DNA from: Candidatus Omnitrophota bacterium
GTDB taxonomy: Bacteria > Omnitrophota > Gorgyraeia > Gygaellales > Profunditerraquicolaceae
Direction: 5' to 3'
Assembly: GCA_028712175.1 (NCBI GenBank)
Contig: JAQTQQ010000003.1
Location: 7,093 to 71,092 of the forward strand
DNA: 64,000 bases
Below the pieces are notes generated by a model. It was not told the DNA's origin, did not search any database, and saw nothing but the letters and a program-made list of their open reading frames with translations. A program made the translations under genes and the position numbers. Every line of letters starts with the position of its first letter. Position 1 is the stretch's first letter. Of the stretch, positions 1-11,662 are shown in pieces.

Positions 1-34
1 TATAATAACGACAGTAGATGTAGATCCGGTTTAA

Positions 35-226
35 ATAGTCGATAGTCAATGGATTATGGTCGATAAAAAATACGGATTAGCCTTTTAGTTCTTAGGTCTT
101 GGGTCGTAGGTCGTAGAGAAGCGTATATTGATAGCAATCGGGTTTTCCAAGACCTAAGAGCCAAGAGCTACGAGCCAAGAGCCAAAACCAAGGTTTTATT
201 AACTATAGACAATCGTCCATCGACTA
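35..226. repeat. modular palindromic intergenic element (outer AGTCGAT/GGACGAT-type arms + inner TCTTAGG/TCGTAGG 7-mer arrays), copy A upstream of fmt
   Basis: The outer-left arm atagtcgatagtcaatggattatggtcgata (35-65) is roughly the reverse complement of the outer-right arm ctatagacaatcgtccatcgacta (203-226). The inner-left array is four phased 7-mers (TCTTAGG TCTTGGG TCGTAGG TCGTAGA) at 90-117. The inner-right array is six 7-mers of the complementary type (tccaaga cctaaga gccaaga gctacga gccaaga gccaaaa) at 146-187. The centre reads gcgtatattgatagcaatcggg. Confidence 0.8.
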
Positions 227-237
227 ATAAGGAAAAC

Positions 238-1191
238 ATGAGAATAATATTCTTCGGAAGCTCGCATTTTGCCGTTCCCTGCCTGGAGGCTTTAATTAAG
301 GCCAAGCATAAGGTAGTATGTGTTGTTACCCAGCCAGATAAGAAGAAGGGCAGGCATTTGCATATTGCTTCAACCGATGTCAAGAGTACGGCGCAGGCGG
401 CACAACTAAAAATATTTCAACCTGAAAATATTAAATCCAAAGAAAGCATAAAATTCCTGAAGTGCCTGGATGCGGATATCTTTGTGATTGTTGCCTACGG
501 GCAAATATTGTCTCAGGAGGTCTTGGATATCCCAAAGATCATGCCAATTAATGTGCATGCCTCGCTTCTGCCGCGCTACAGGGGAGCAGCTCCGATTAAT
601 TGGGCTTTAATTAACGGAGATAAGAAAAGCGGGATAACGATCATCTATGTTACCCTTAAGACGGATGCCGGCCCGGTTTTTCTGCAGAAAGAAATCGAAA
701 TCGCCGATAACGACACTTCTGTAAGCTTAGAAAATAAATTGCGTTTACTCGGGGCTCAACTTTTAATACAGTCGCTTGTCAGTATTAATAACAGGGATTA
801 TCGTTTAGTCGACCAAGATGAAGAAAAAGTTGTGCTTGCCCCAAAACTAAAGAAAGAAGTTGGGTTAATTGATTGGAATGCTTCTGCCGTTGATATCTAT
901 AATCAGATAAGAGGGGTACTTCCCTGGCCCGGGGCATTTACCACTTATAACAAAAAACTCTTAAAGGTGTTTCAGGCGGAGGTCGTAAAGATTTTTCCGA
1001 ATCACAAGCCAGAGGCAGGTGAAGTGGTTAGGGCCGATAAGGGCGGTATTATTGTTTCTTGCGGCCGTGGATTCTTAAAAATTAATGAATTGCAGCTGGA
1101 GGCCGGAAAACGTATGCCTTCTAAAGATTTCGTTATCGGCCATAAACTTTGTTTGGGCCAGATTTTAGGAAAAAATAGTTGCACGATTTAG
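238..1191 (+). CDS. fmt: methionyl-tRNA formyltransferase
   Basis: 317 aa. N-terminal formyltransferase fold (IIFFGS..VVTQPDK) and C-terminal Fmt domain. Classic Fmt motifs HASLLPRYRG and NWALING are present. Confidence 0.9.
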   Translation: MRIIFFGSSHFAVPCLEALIKAKHKVVCVVTQPDKKKGRHLHIASTDVKSTAQAAQLKIFQPENIKSKESIKFLKCLDADIFVIVAYGQILSQEVLDIPKIMPINVHASLLPRYRGAAPINWALINGDKKSGITIIYVTLKTDAGPVFLQKEIEIADNDTSVSLENKLRLLGAQLLIQSLVSINNRDYRLVDQDEEKVVLAPKLKKEVGLIDWNASAVDIYNQIRGVLPWPGAFTTYNKKLLKVFQAEVVKIFPNHKPEAGEVVRADKGGIIVSCGRGFLKINELQLEAGKRMPSKDFVIGHKLCLGQILGKNSCTI

Positions 1192-1214
1192 CCCTTCTGT
1201 TATAATAATTTTCT

Positions 1215-2240
1215 ATGCCAGAATTAAGGAAAGATCCAGTTATAGGTAGGTGGGTAATTATAGCCACCGAACGCGCCCGCCGGCCTGATCAGTTTGTCGG
1301 AAAACTTAAAGATCAGGAAGATGCGGTAGCTTGCCCATTTTGCGAAGGAAGGGAAGCAGACACGCCTCCTGAAATTTATGCGATACGGCCGAATAATTCT
1401 CTGCCGAATGGCCCGGGTTGGGATTTACGTGTTGTTCCCAGCATTTCGCCTTTTTTAAGGGTGGAAGGGGATCTTGACCGCCGCGGAAACGGTATTTATG
1501 ATGTAATGAGCGGTTTGGGCGCTCACGAGGTAATAGTCGAGACCAGCCAGCATATCGCCAATATGGCGGATTTAAGCGAAGAACAAATTACCAAAGTCCT
1601 TAATTGTTATTCCGATAGAATAGTTGATTTGGAAAGAGATACGCGGCTTAAATATGTTTTGGTATTTAAAAATTACGGCCAGGGTTCAGGTAGTACAGGT
1701 ATTAAACACGCACGTTCGCAATTAATTGCTACCCCGGTTAACCCTAAGCGCGTAAAAGAAGAATTAGCCGGGGCCCGGCTTTATTATGAATATCATGAGC
1801 GCTGCGTGTTCTGTGATTTGATTCAGCAGGAATTGGCGCAAAAAGAGCGGGTAATTCTGGATTTTGATGGTTTTGTTGCGGTTAGCCCTTTTGCCGCGCG
1901 TTTTCCTTTTGAGACCTGGATTCTGCCGAAACAACATTGCTGCGATTATACCTGCATGGATGCGGAATCCAGAAGAAACCTTGCCCGCGTACTTAAAGCA
2001 GTGCTTTTAAAATTAAAAATAGGGTTAAATGATCCGGATTACAACTATGTGATTCATACAGCTCCTTTTCGCAGGCAAAAAGTAGGCTATTGGAAAACTA
2101 TTGACCATGATTATCATTGGCATATTGAGATTATGCCGCGTTTGACTAAAGTGGCGGGATTTGAATGGGGGACCGGGTTTTATATCTGCCCGCTTCCTCC
2201 GGAGGATACTGCCAAGTTCCTAAGAGAGGTTAAAATTTAA
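1215..2240 (+). CDS. GalT-like HIT-family nucleotidyltransferase (galactose-1-P uridylyltransferase / ADP-glucose phosphorylase family), paralog 1 with altered active-site motif (H-A-R instead of H-P-H)
   Basis: 341 aa with the GalT two-half-barrel signature. N-terminal Zn motif CPFCEG. The segment GIKHARSQLIATP aligns to the HPHxQ catalytic motif of paralog 2, but the nucleophile His is replaced by Arg. Confidence 0.7.
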   Translation: MPELRKDPVIGRWVIIATERARRPDQFVGKLKDQEDAVACPFCEGREADTPPEIYAIRPNNSLPNGPGWDLRVVPSISPFLRVEGDLDRRGNGIYDVMSGLGAHEVIVETSQHIANMADLSEEQITKVLNCYSDRIVDLERDTRLKYVLVFKNYGQGSGSTGIKHARSQLIATPVNPKRVKEELAGARLYYEYHERCVFCDLIQQELAQKERVILDFDGFVAVSPFAARFPFETWILPKQHCCDYTCMDAESRRNLARVLKAVLLKLKIGLNDPDYNYVIHTAPFRRQKVGYWKTIDHDYHWHIEIMPRLTKVAGFEWGTGFYICPLPPEDTAKFLREVKI

Positions 2241-4324
<2,084 letters not shown>

Positions 4325-4333
4325 GCTAAGAAA

Positions 4334-4352
4334 AAAGGGGCTTCCCCTTTTA
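4334..4352 (+). promoter_or_regulatory. intercistronic hairpin between gap and pgk
   Basis: aaaggggcttccccttt forms a stem AAAGGGG/CCCCTTT with loop CTT. It sits between the gap stop and the pgk RBS and could be an attenuator or RNA-processing/stability element. Confidence 0.35.
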
Positions 4353-4361
4353 GGAGAAGAA

Positions 4362-5543
4362 ATGGCGAAATTAACTTTAAAAGATCTTGATTTAAAAAAT
4401 AAGACTGTGTTGGTGCGTGCGGATTTTAATGTTCCGCTTGATGCCAATCTTAATATTACCGATGATACGCGTATTAGGGCGACTTTGCCGACACTAAAAT
4501 ATATTTTGGATAATGGCGCAAAGAAAATTGTAATTATGAGCCATTTGGGACGTCCGGACGGTTTGCCGGTTGCAAAATACAGCCTGAATCCGGTGTCTCT
4601 GCGCCTGAAAGAACTCTTGGGCCAGAATGTGTTATTCCTTAGTGATTGCGCAGGCGTTAATATTAAACAGGATATTGATAAATCAACAGAGAAGGTGGTT
4701 TTGTTAGAAAACCTGCGTTACCATGCAGAGGAGGAGGCAAATGACGCAAACTTTGCCAAGCAGCTCGCTTCTTTGGGGGATATATTTGTTAATGATGCCT
4801 TTGGTACGGCGCATCGGGCTCATGCGTCAACTGAAGGGGTAACGCATTTTTTGAAATCTGCCGCGGGATTCCTTCTTGAAAAAGAAATCAAATATTTAGG
4901 CGATGCGGTAAAAAATCCCCAAAAGCCGTTTATGGTTATTTTAGGAGGAGCGAAAGTATCGGACAAGATCGGGGTAATCCAAAACCTTCTGCCTAAATGC
5001 GATGCGATCATTGTCGGCGGCGGCATGGCTTATACTTTTCTAAAGGCGCAAGGCAAACAGATCGGCAATTCAAAACTGGAGAAAGATAAATTAGATCTGG
5101 CTAAGGAGATCCTGAAGCAGGCTAAAGGATTAAATAAGGAGATCATTCTTCCCGTAGATAACGTGGTTGTGGATAACATTGCTCCTAATGCAAAAACCGA
5201 AATTGTCGGTGACAATATACCCGATGGAATGATTGCTGTTGATGTCGGCCCGAAGACGGTTGAACTGTTTAAAGATAAGTTAAAAAACGCCAAAACTATA
5301 GTATGGAATGGCCCATTAGGAATATTTGAAATGGATGCTTTTAGCAGGGGCACAGAAGAATTGGCCCAATTTATCTCTACTCTAAGGACCACTTCTATAA
5401 TTGGCGGAGGGGATACGGCAGCAGCTATTGCCAAATTTAAATTAGAAGATAAGATGTCGCATATTTCAACCGGAGGAGGGGCAAGCTTGGAATTCCTGGA
5501 AGGGAAAATTTTACCTGGTATTGCCGCTCTTACAGAAAAATGA
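4362..5543 (+). CDS. pgk: phosphoglycerate kinase
   Basis: PGK motifs RADFNVPLD and the C-terminal STGGGASLE are present. I placed the start at the ATG at 4362, which follows an AGGAG RBS. The ORF track extends upstream to 4305, overlapping gap. Confidence 0.9.
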   Translation: MAKLTLKDLDLKNKTVLVRADFNVPLDANLNITDDTRIRATLPTLKYILDNGAKKIVIMSHLGRPDGLPVAKYSLNPVSLRLKELLGQNVLFLSDCAGVNIKQDIDKSTEKVVLLENLRYHAEEEANDANFAKQLASLGDIFVNDAFGTAHRAHASTEGVTHFLKSAAGFLLEKEIKYLGDAVKNPQKPFMVILGGAKVSDKIGVIQNLLPKCDAIIVGGGMAYTFLKAQGKQIGNSKLEKDKLDLAKEILKQAKGLNKEIILPVDNVVVDNIAPNAKTEIVGDNIPDGMIAVDVGPKTVELFKDKLKNAKTIVWNGPLGIFEMDAFSRGTEELAQFISTLRTTSIIGGGDTAAAIAKFKLEDKMSHISTGGGASLEFLEGKILPGIAALTEK

Positions 5544-6307
5544 GAAAACCCATTATTGCCGGAAACTGGAAAATGTACAAGACCCTTAAAGACGGCCAGG
5601 AGTTAGCGGTTGCCTTAAGAAGAGAACTTTACAAAATCGAGAATGTGGATATTGTGGTTTGTCCTCCGTATACTTTACTGGTAACTTTGGCTGATGCTTT
5701 AGAGGCCAGTAATATTGCCGTAGGCGGACAGGACCTTTATTGGCAGGATGAAGGTGCTTTTACCGGGGAGGTTTCCCCGCTTATGCTTAAAGATGCCGGA
5801 TGCCGGTACGTTATTATCGGGCATTCGGAGCGCAGGCAGTTTTTTGGCGAGACAAATGAAACTGTAAATAATAAAATTAAAGCTAGCCTGAAACACGGCT
5901 TAACTCCCATTATTTGTGTCGGCGAAAACAGGCAAGAGAGGGAGTCCAGCAATACCTTTAAAGTAATAGAGAGCCATATTAAAGGCGGTTTGGCTGATAT
6001 TAGCGCAGAGGATATACTTAAAACAGTAATTGCTTATGAGCCGGTTTGGGCAATCGGCACGGGTCTAACTGCTACTCCCGAGCAGGCGCAGGAAGTTCAT
6101 AAATTTACACGCGATTTATTAAAGAAAATGTATCAGGAAGAAATATCCAGCCAGATAAGAATACAGTATGGCGGGAGTGTTAAGCCGGAGAATATTACTG
6201 AATTAATGAGTAAGCCTGATGTAGATGGAGCTCTAGTTGGCGGAGCAAGCTTAAAGGCTGATACATTTACGCAAATAGTAGTTAAAGCAAGCGAGGTTAT
6301 AAAATGA
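5540..6307 (+). CDS. tpiA: triosephosphate isomerase
   Basis: 255 aa. TIM motifs IAGNWKM, AYEPVWAIGTG and GGASLK are present. It sits in the gap-pgk-tpi operon context. Confidence 0.95.
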   Translation: MRKPIIAGNWKMYKTLKDGQELAVALRRELYKIENVDIVVCPPYTLLVTLADALEASNIAVGGQDLYWQDEGAFTGEVSPLMLKDAGCRYVIIGHSERRQFFGETNETVNNKIKASLKHGLTPIICVGENRQERESSNTFKVIESHIKGGLADISAEDILKTVIAYEPVWAIGTGLTATPEQAQEVHKFTRDLLKKMYQEEISSQIRIQYGGSVKPENITELMSKPDVDGALVGGASLKADTFTQIVVKASEVIK

Positions 6308-6705
6308 TGACATTGTTAATTGTAGTCCATGTAATTGCCTGTGTAATTTTGATCATTTTAGTCCTAATCCAGCGCGGAAGAGGCGCGGGTCTTGTTGAAA
6401 GTTTTGCCGGAGTTGAGTCGATGTTTGGTACTAAAACCAGTGCTTTTTTAACACGCACAACTACAATCATGTCCGTCGTTTTCTTTATAACTTGCTTAGG
6501 CCTTGCGGTCATGTCAGTTAAACAGAGCAAATCTCTAATGCGCGACAGCCGCCTTAGTACGAAAAAGGCAGCCGCGGCTGCCAGCCAGCCAGAGCCCGCT
6601 CAAGCGATAAATCCGGAAACAGTAAAGGCCAATGTCCAAGAAGCGCCAGCAGCAGTTAATCCGCCAGCCGAAACAGTAAAGCCGGATGCAGCAAAAACCA
6701 AGTAA
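6304..6705 (+). CDS. secG: preprotein translocase subunit SecG (with a C-terminal Ala/Pro-rich extension)
   Basis: Begins with the SecG signature (two TM segments, LVLIQRGRGAG). It lies after tpiA, which is the conserved tpiA-secG arrangement. Confidence 0.8.
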   Translation: MMTLLIVVHVIACVILIILVLIQRGRGAGLVESFAGVESMFGTKTSAFLTRTTTIMSVVFFITCLGLAVMSVKQSKSLMRDSRLSTKKAAAAASQPEPAQAINPETVKANVQEAPAAVNPPAETVKPDAAKTK

Positions 6706-7843
6706 GAAATTATTTTGGATATTTGCCTTAAGCAGCGCGGTTTATTTTACGCAAGGCATAGAGAGCCTGCCCAGCCAAGGGTTATTCTATTATCTTAAAG
6801 AAACCCTCCATTTTTCTCCCGAAAAAATAATGATTATTGCCAGCCTTACCACTTTCTCGTGGCTGGTGAAGCCGTTGATCGGTTATGTTATAGATAGCCT
6901 GCTTACTAAGCGCTTATGGGTATTTATTTCTTTAGCGCTTGATATAGCCTTTGTTTTATTTCTCGGCTTCATGCAGATGCCGCTTATTATTCTGGTGGTT
7001 TTACTTATCTTAAACTCCAATAATTCGGCTTTTCGTGATGTGGCAGTTGACGGGATAATGTGCGTTGAAGGAAAAAAATATCAAATTACCGGTAAGATCC
7101 AGAGCATCCAATGGGCCTCTATTTTAATTGCAGGATTGTTTACCGGGCTCGGAGGGGCTTTTATCGCCGAGAAGTGGGATTACAAAGTAGCTTTTTTATC
7201 CCTTATTCCGGTTTATCTCCTTGTGGCACTGCCCGCATATTTCTATAAGGAGGAGAAAGAGGCTGCTTTGCCGTCCTCAACTTTATTAAAAGATTTAAAG
7301 CGTATTTTTAGCGATAAGAAAATATTAATAATAGGTTTATTTATATTCCTTTATAAATATTCCCCCTCTTTTGGCACGCCTTTATTTTTTATCCAACGCG
7401 ACAGTTTTGGATGGAGTAAAATGTGGATCGGTACGCTCGGAACGGTTAGCACGGTTTTCGGGATAGCCGGATCGTTGCTTTATTATAAATTTAGCGAGAA
7501 AATCAATATAAAAAAATGGCTGTATGCCTCGGTGTTTATCGGAGCGATTACTACTTTAAGCTATCTGTATTATACCCCTTTTACGGCTATTGCTTATGAT
7601 GTGGTATACAGCCTGTTAGGTATGTTTATATTCATAATGGTTATGGATTTTATGGCCCGCCATTCGATTAAAGGCCTAGAGGCAACCTCATTTGCGCTTT
7701 TATGCAGCGTAAATAATTTAGCCGGGCTGACAAGCAATTTGTCAGGGGCGTTCTTGCTTCCGCGAGTCGGCCTGCAGTGGTTGATAATCATCTCCGCATT
7801 AACTAGTTTTCTCTGTTTGTTTCTAATTAATAAGATTGAATAA
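6686..7843 (+). CDS. polytopic membrane transporter, MFS-like (possibly folate-biopterin transporter family)
   Basis: 385 aa with about 11-12 hydrophobic helices. I see no diagnostic catalytic motif, so the family call rests on topology only. Confidence 0.45.
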   Translation: MQQKPSKKLFWIFALSSAVYFTQGIESLPSQGLFYYLKETLHFSPEKIMIIASLTTFSWLVKPLIGYVIDSLLTKRLWVFISLALDIAFVLFLGFMQMPLIILVVLLILNSNNSAFRDVAVDGIMCVEGKKYQITGKIQSIQWASILIAGLFTGLGGAFIAEKWDYKVAFLSLIPVYLLVALPAYFYKEEKEAALPSSTLLKDLKRIFSDKKILIIGLFIFLYKYSPSFGTPLFFIQRDSFGWSKMWIGTLGTVSTVFGIAGSLLYYKFSEKINIKKWLYASVFIGAITTLSYLYYTPFTAIAYDVVYSLLGMFIFIMVMDFMARHSIKGLEATSFALLCSVNNLAGLTSNLSGAFLLPRVGLQWLIIISALTSFLCLFLINKIE

Positions 7844-7850
7844 TTGGTTT

Positions 7851-7920
7851 AGCTTTTAGCTCACTGCTCTTGGCTCGTAGCTAGTAGGTATATTGCGATG
7901 GTTTCCTAAGAGCTAAGAGC
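7851..7920. repeat. intergenic 7-mer-repeat palindromic element, copy B (inner arms only)
   Basis: The left arm agcttttagctcactgctcttggctcgtagctagtag and the right arm ctaagagctaagagc flank the centre gtatattgcgatggtttc. The GTATATTG…GGTTTC-CTAAGAG junctions match copy A. Confidence 0.75.
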
Positions 7921-7982
7921 TTTAAACAAATATTCAAAAATCTATTGCCATTTGGCGGACAATTTTATATAATATAATAACG

Positions 7983-8579
7983 ATGGAAATGCTTAAACCT
8001 TATATACTTAGCTTTATTCCTCTTTTTGTCGCTGTTGATGCAGTCGGCAATATCCCTATATTTTTGTCTCTGGTTGAGCATTTGTCTAAAACTCAAAGGA
8101 ATAAAATAGTTTTTGATGCTGTTGTCACTGCAACCGCGGTAGCCGTGGTTTTTATGTTTATGGGTACTTGGATTTTTTCCCTGCTCGGCATAACTATCCC
8201 TGATTTTCAGATAGCCGGAGGCGCGCTTTTATTCATTATTGCAGCGCGGCTTTTATTGCCGGGTGCGCAAAAAAGCGCTTTGACTAATTCTTATGATAAG
8301 GGTATGGGGGTGTTTCCTTTGGGCACGCCTTTAATTACCGGCCCGGCGGTTTTGGCCACTACGCTTATGATGATGAATAGTTTCGGGGCCCTAGCTACAT
8401 TAATTGCGTTAATATTAAATATGTTTTTTGTCTGGTTTACTTTGGTTAGGGCAGATATTATTATTAAAGTGATCGGCCCAAGCGGTGTTCGGGCTTTTTC
8501 TAAGATAATGTATATCTTGCTGGCAGCAATTGCGGTAATGATGATCAGGCATGGTGTAACCGGGGCATTCTTACGATGA
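7983..8579 (+). CDS. marC: MarC-family integral membrane protein (UPF0056)
   Basis: 198 aa. The N-terminal IPLFVAVDAVGNIPIFLSL motif and six-TM pattern are typical of the MarC family. Confidence 0.75.
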   Translation: MEMLKPYILSFIPLFVAVDAVGNIPIFLSLVEHLSKTQRNKIVFDAVVTATAVAVVFMFMGTWIFSLLGITIPDFQIAGGALLFIIAARLLLPGAQKSALTNSYDKGMGVFPLGTPLITGPAVLATTLMMMNSFGALATLIALILNMFFVWFTLVRADIIIKVIGPSGVRAFSKIMYILLAAIAVMMIRHGVTGAFLR

Positions 8580-9799
8580 TGCGTAAAGTTTTAACATTTA
8601 TTATGGCAGGGGGAAAAGGCGAGCGTCTTTTTCCGTTAACCAAGGACCGCGCAAAACCTGCGGTTCCTTTTGGTGGAATTTACCGGATCGTCGATTTTAC
8701 TTTAAGTAACTGTATTAATTCAGGCATGCGCAAGATTTACATCCTGACCCAGTATAAATCTGCTTCACTCCAGAGGCATATTCGCCTTGGTTGGAATTTT
8801 CTCCCTTCTGAATTAGGGCAATTTATCGAGCTGCTTCCGGCACAGCAGCGTATTGGCAATTCGTGGTATTTGGGAACCGCCGATGCAATTTATCAAAATT
8901 TATACACTTTAGAGATGGATAGGCCCGATGAGGTTTTGATTTTAGCCGGTGACCATATTTATAAAATGAATTATTACTCCATGATTGATGTCCATCGTGA
9001 GCAAAACGCAGATTTAACCGTCGGGTTGGTTGAGGTTGATAGATCTAAATCCAGGCACCTGGGGGTAGTGGAGGCGGATGCGGACGGCAGGGTAACACGT
9101 TTCTATGAGAAGCCGGCAAATCCTAAATCAATTCCCGGAAAACAGGATAAAGTTTACGGATCTATGGGGATTTATGTTTTTAATCAATCCGTGCTGATGC
9201 AGGAATTACTTGAGGATGCTAGAAATATTACCTCTTCCCATGATTTTGGCAAGGATATTATCCCGCAGATGATCAAAAAAGGGATGAAGATTGTGGCTTA
9301 TAATTTTCGCAATAAAGATAAGGAAGATGAGTATTGGCGGGATATCGGAACCATTGACGCATATTATGAAGCGAATATGGAATTAATCCAGGTAAACCTT
9401 ACATTCAATCTCTATGACCAGGAATGGCCGCTTAGGACTTTTCAGGAGCAATATCCTCCGGTAAAAACCGTCCACTCAGGAGATAAAGAAGAGGGAAGGG
9501 TAGGTTTAGTGCTTGATTCTATAGTTTCAGAAGGGTGTGTAGTTTCCGGTGGCCGCGTACAGCGTTCAATACTTTCGCCTAATGTCAGGATAAATAGTTT
9601 TTCCGAAGTGTATGATTCGATTTTAATGGAGAGTGTTAATGTCGGCAGGTACGCTAAGATTAAGCGGGCGATAATCGATAAAGACGTGAATATTCCGCAG
9701 GGAATAGTTATCGGTTTTAATCTGGAGGAAGACAAGAAGAGGTTTTTTGTTAGTGAGTCCGGTATTGTCGTAGTTGCCAAAGGTACAGAGATTAAATAG
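8576..9799 (+). CDS. glgC: glucose-1-phosphate adenylyltransferase
   Basis: 407 aa. GlgC motifs FIMAGGKGERLFPLTKDRAKPAVPFGGIYRIVDF and the left-handed beta-helix C-terminus are present. Confidence 0.9.
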   Translation: MMRKVLTFIMAGGKGERLFPLTKDRAKPAVPFGGIYRIVDFTLSNCINSGMRKIYILTQYKSASLQRHIRLGWNFLPSELGQFIELLPAQQRIGNSWYLGTADAIYQNLYTLEMDRPDEVLILAGDHIYKMNYYSMIDVHREQNADLTVGLVEVDRSKSRHLGVVEADADGRVTRFYEKPANPKSIPGKQDKVYGSMGIYVFNQSVLMQELLEDARNITSSHDFGKDIIPQMIKKGMKIVAYNFRNKDKEDEYWRDIGTIDAYYEANMELIQVNLTFNLYDQEWPLRTFQEQYPPVKTVHSGDKEEGRVGLVLDSIVSEGCVVSGGRVQRSILSPNVRINSFSEVYDSILMESVNVGRYAKIKRAIIDKDVNIPQGIVIGFNLEEDKKRFFVSESGIVVVAKGTEIK

Positions 9800-9932
9800 C
9801 TCGTAGCTCGTAGCTCGTAGCTAGTAGCTCGTAGCTAGTAGTTTGTAGAAAACCTTTGAATATAGAAACTCGGGGTTAATAGCCGATAAAGATTTTAATA
9901 ATTAATGGTTTTATCGGCAATCGTCTATTGAC
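9799..9932. repeat. intergenic 7-mer tandem array (GCTCGTA)x7 plus AT-rich hairpin module, copy C
   Basis: The array gctcgta gctcgta gctcgta gctagta gctcgta gctagta gtttgta g spans 9799-9848. It is followed by the centre aaaacctttgaatatagaaactcgggg. A hairpin atagccgataaag…ttttatcggcaat then runs to 9932. Confidence 0.85.
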
Positions 9933-9963
9933 TCCCGGCCGGGATGTTTTTAACCGAATAACA

Positions 9964-10413
9964 ATGATTAGAAAAGCAAAAATTAAAGATATAAAACAGA
10001 TTCAGGAGTTGATTGCTGTTTTTGCAAAACAGGATACTATGCTGCCGCGTTCATTAAATGAGCTTTATGAGAATATACGCGACTTCTGGGTATACGAAAA
10101 TAAAGGTAAGCTGGAGGGTTGCGCTGCTTTACATATTTCATGGGATGATTTAGCCGAGGTTAAATCTTTGGCGGTTGCCAAGAATAAACAAGGTAAAGGA
10201 ATCGGCCGCGATTTAGTTCTAGCCTGCCTTGCAGAGGCAGAGGTAATGGGCTCAAAAAAAATATTTGTACTTACCTACAAACCGGGATTCTTTAAGAAAT
10301 TAGGATTTAAAAGAATTAAGCATGAAGCCCTTCCTCATAAAATCTGGGCGGAATGTATCAACTGCTGCAAATTCCCCAACTGCCGGGAGATTGCCCTACT
10401 GAAAGTATTGTAA
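9964..10413 (+). CDS. GNAT-family N-acetyltransferase (N-acetylglutamate synthase-like)
   Basis: Acetyl-CoA-binding motif KNKQGKGIGRDLV is present. I preferred the start at M9964; the track ORF begins at 9928 inside the upstream repeat element. Confidence 0.7.
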   Translation: MIRKAKIKDIKQIQELIAVFAKQDTMLPRSLNELYENIRDFWVYENKGKLEGCAALHISWDDLAEVKSLAVAKNKQGKGIGRDLVLACLAEAEVMGSKKIFVLTYKPGFFKKLGFKRIKHEALPHKIWAECINCCKFPNCREIALLKVL

Positions 10414-10500
10414 AATAATCTTTTTATGCTATAATTCTTGAATTAATTAACGCCCGTTGTGGTTAGGCAGGGCTGCTAAAAGAAAGTTAGGGAGGATATT

Positions 10501-11652
10501 ATGGATTATCTGTTGACCGAAGAACAAAAAATGATTAAAGATTTGGCCCATAAGATTGCCGAGGAAAAAATCCGTCCGGCTGCGGCTAAATATGATATTA
10601 GCGAGGAATATCCTTGGGATGTCTTAAAGGTCATGGCTGAGAGTGATATGTTCGGCCTGTTTATTCCCGAGGAATACGGCGGTTTCGCAAACAGCGTGAT
10701 GAACCTATGTTTGGCAACCGAAGAGTTTTCCCGCGCCTGCGGAGGTATCGCGGTTTGCTACGCGGCCAGCGCTTTAGGGACATTCCCGATAGTTTTATTC
10801 GGTACCGATGAGCAAAAGAAAAAATATCTGCCTGCATTAGCTAGCGGCAAAAAAGTTGCGGCATTTGCCATTACTGAGCCTGAAGCCGGAAGCGATGCCT
10901 CCGGGATTAAGACCGTGGCGAAAAAAGCAGGGGATCATTATATTTTAAACGGCCTAAAACATTTTATTACAAACGGCGGGGATGCCGAAACTTATGTTGT
11001 AATTGCTATGACCGATAAAACAAAAGGTGCCCGCGGAGCAACTGCTTTTATCGTAGAAAAAGGAACCCCCGGTTTTACCTTTGGTAAAAAAGAGGATAAA
11101 TTCGGGATTCGTGCTTCAAGCACGCGTGAATTAATTTTTACGGATTGTAAAATTCCTGCCGAGAATTTACTTGCTAAAGAAGGTATGGGGTTTATTGTAA
11201 CCATGAGGACATTTGATATGTCGCGTCCGGGAGTTGCCGCCCAGGCGTTAGGGATTGCACAAGGGGCCCTGGAGCTTGCGGTAAAATATGTCCGCCAAAG
11301 GGTGCAGTTTGGTAAACCGATTTCCAGCTTTCAGGGCATTCAATGGATGCTGGCGGATATGGCAACTGAAATTGAAGCTGCGCGCGGTTTAGTTTATTCA
11401 ACCGCCAGAATGGTAGATGCCGGAGTTAAAGATGTATCTAAGGAATCGGCAATGGCTAAGATGTATGCTTCGGATGTTGCAATGAAGGTTACTGTAGATG
11501 CATTGCAGCTATTCGGAGGATACGGGTATATGAAAGATTATCCGATTGAAAAATATGTGCGTGACGCCAAGATCACCCAGATCTATGAAGGCACAAATCA
11601 GGTGCAGCGTGGGATTATTGCTTTAAAATTAATTAAGGAAATGGCAAAATAG
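10501..11652 (+). CDS. acyl-CoA dehydrogenase (short-chain/butyryl-CoA dehydrogenase-like)
   Basis: 383 aa with ACAD N-, middle- and C-terminal domains. The IYEGTNQVQR motif lies near the C-terminus. A strong RBS (GGGAGG) is upstream. Confidence 0.9.
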   Translation: MDYLLTEEQKMIKDLAHKIAEEKIRPAAAKYDISEEYPWDVLKVMAESDMFGLFIPEEYGGFANSVMNLCLATEEFSRACGGIAVCYAASALGTFPIVLFGTDEQKKKYLPALASGKKVAAFAITEPEAGSDASGIKTVAKKAGDHYILNGLKHFITNGGDAETYVVIAMTDKTKGARGATAFIVEKGTPGFTFGKKEDKFGIRASSTRELIFTDCKIPAENLLAKEGMGFIVTMRTFDMSRPGVAAQALGIAQGALELAVKYVRQRVQFGKPISSFQGIQWMLADMATEIEAARGLVYSTARMVDAGVKDVSKESAMAKMYASDVAMKVTVDALQLFGGYGYMKDYPIEKYVRDAKITQIYEGTNQVQRGIIALKLIKEMAK

Positions 11653-11662
11653 ACTATAAAAT

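Noticed and set aside
9799-9848. Considered whether the regularly spaced short repeats (here and at the other 7 loci) could be a CRISPR array
   Set aside because: The units are 7 nt, directly abutting, with no unique spacers of about 30 nt. No cas genes are nearby. Repeats of 7 nt are inconsistent with CRISPR repeats, which are 23-50 nt.
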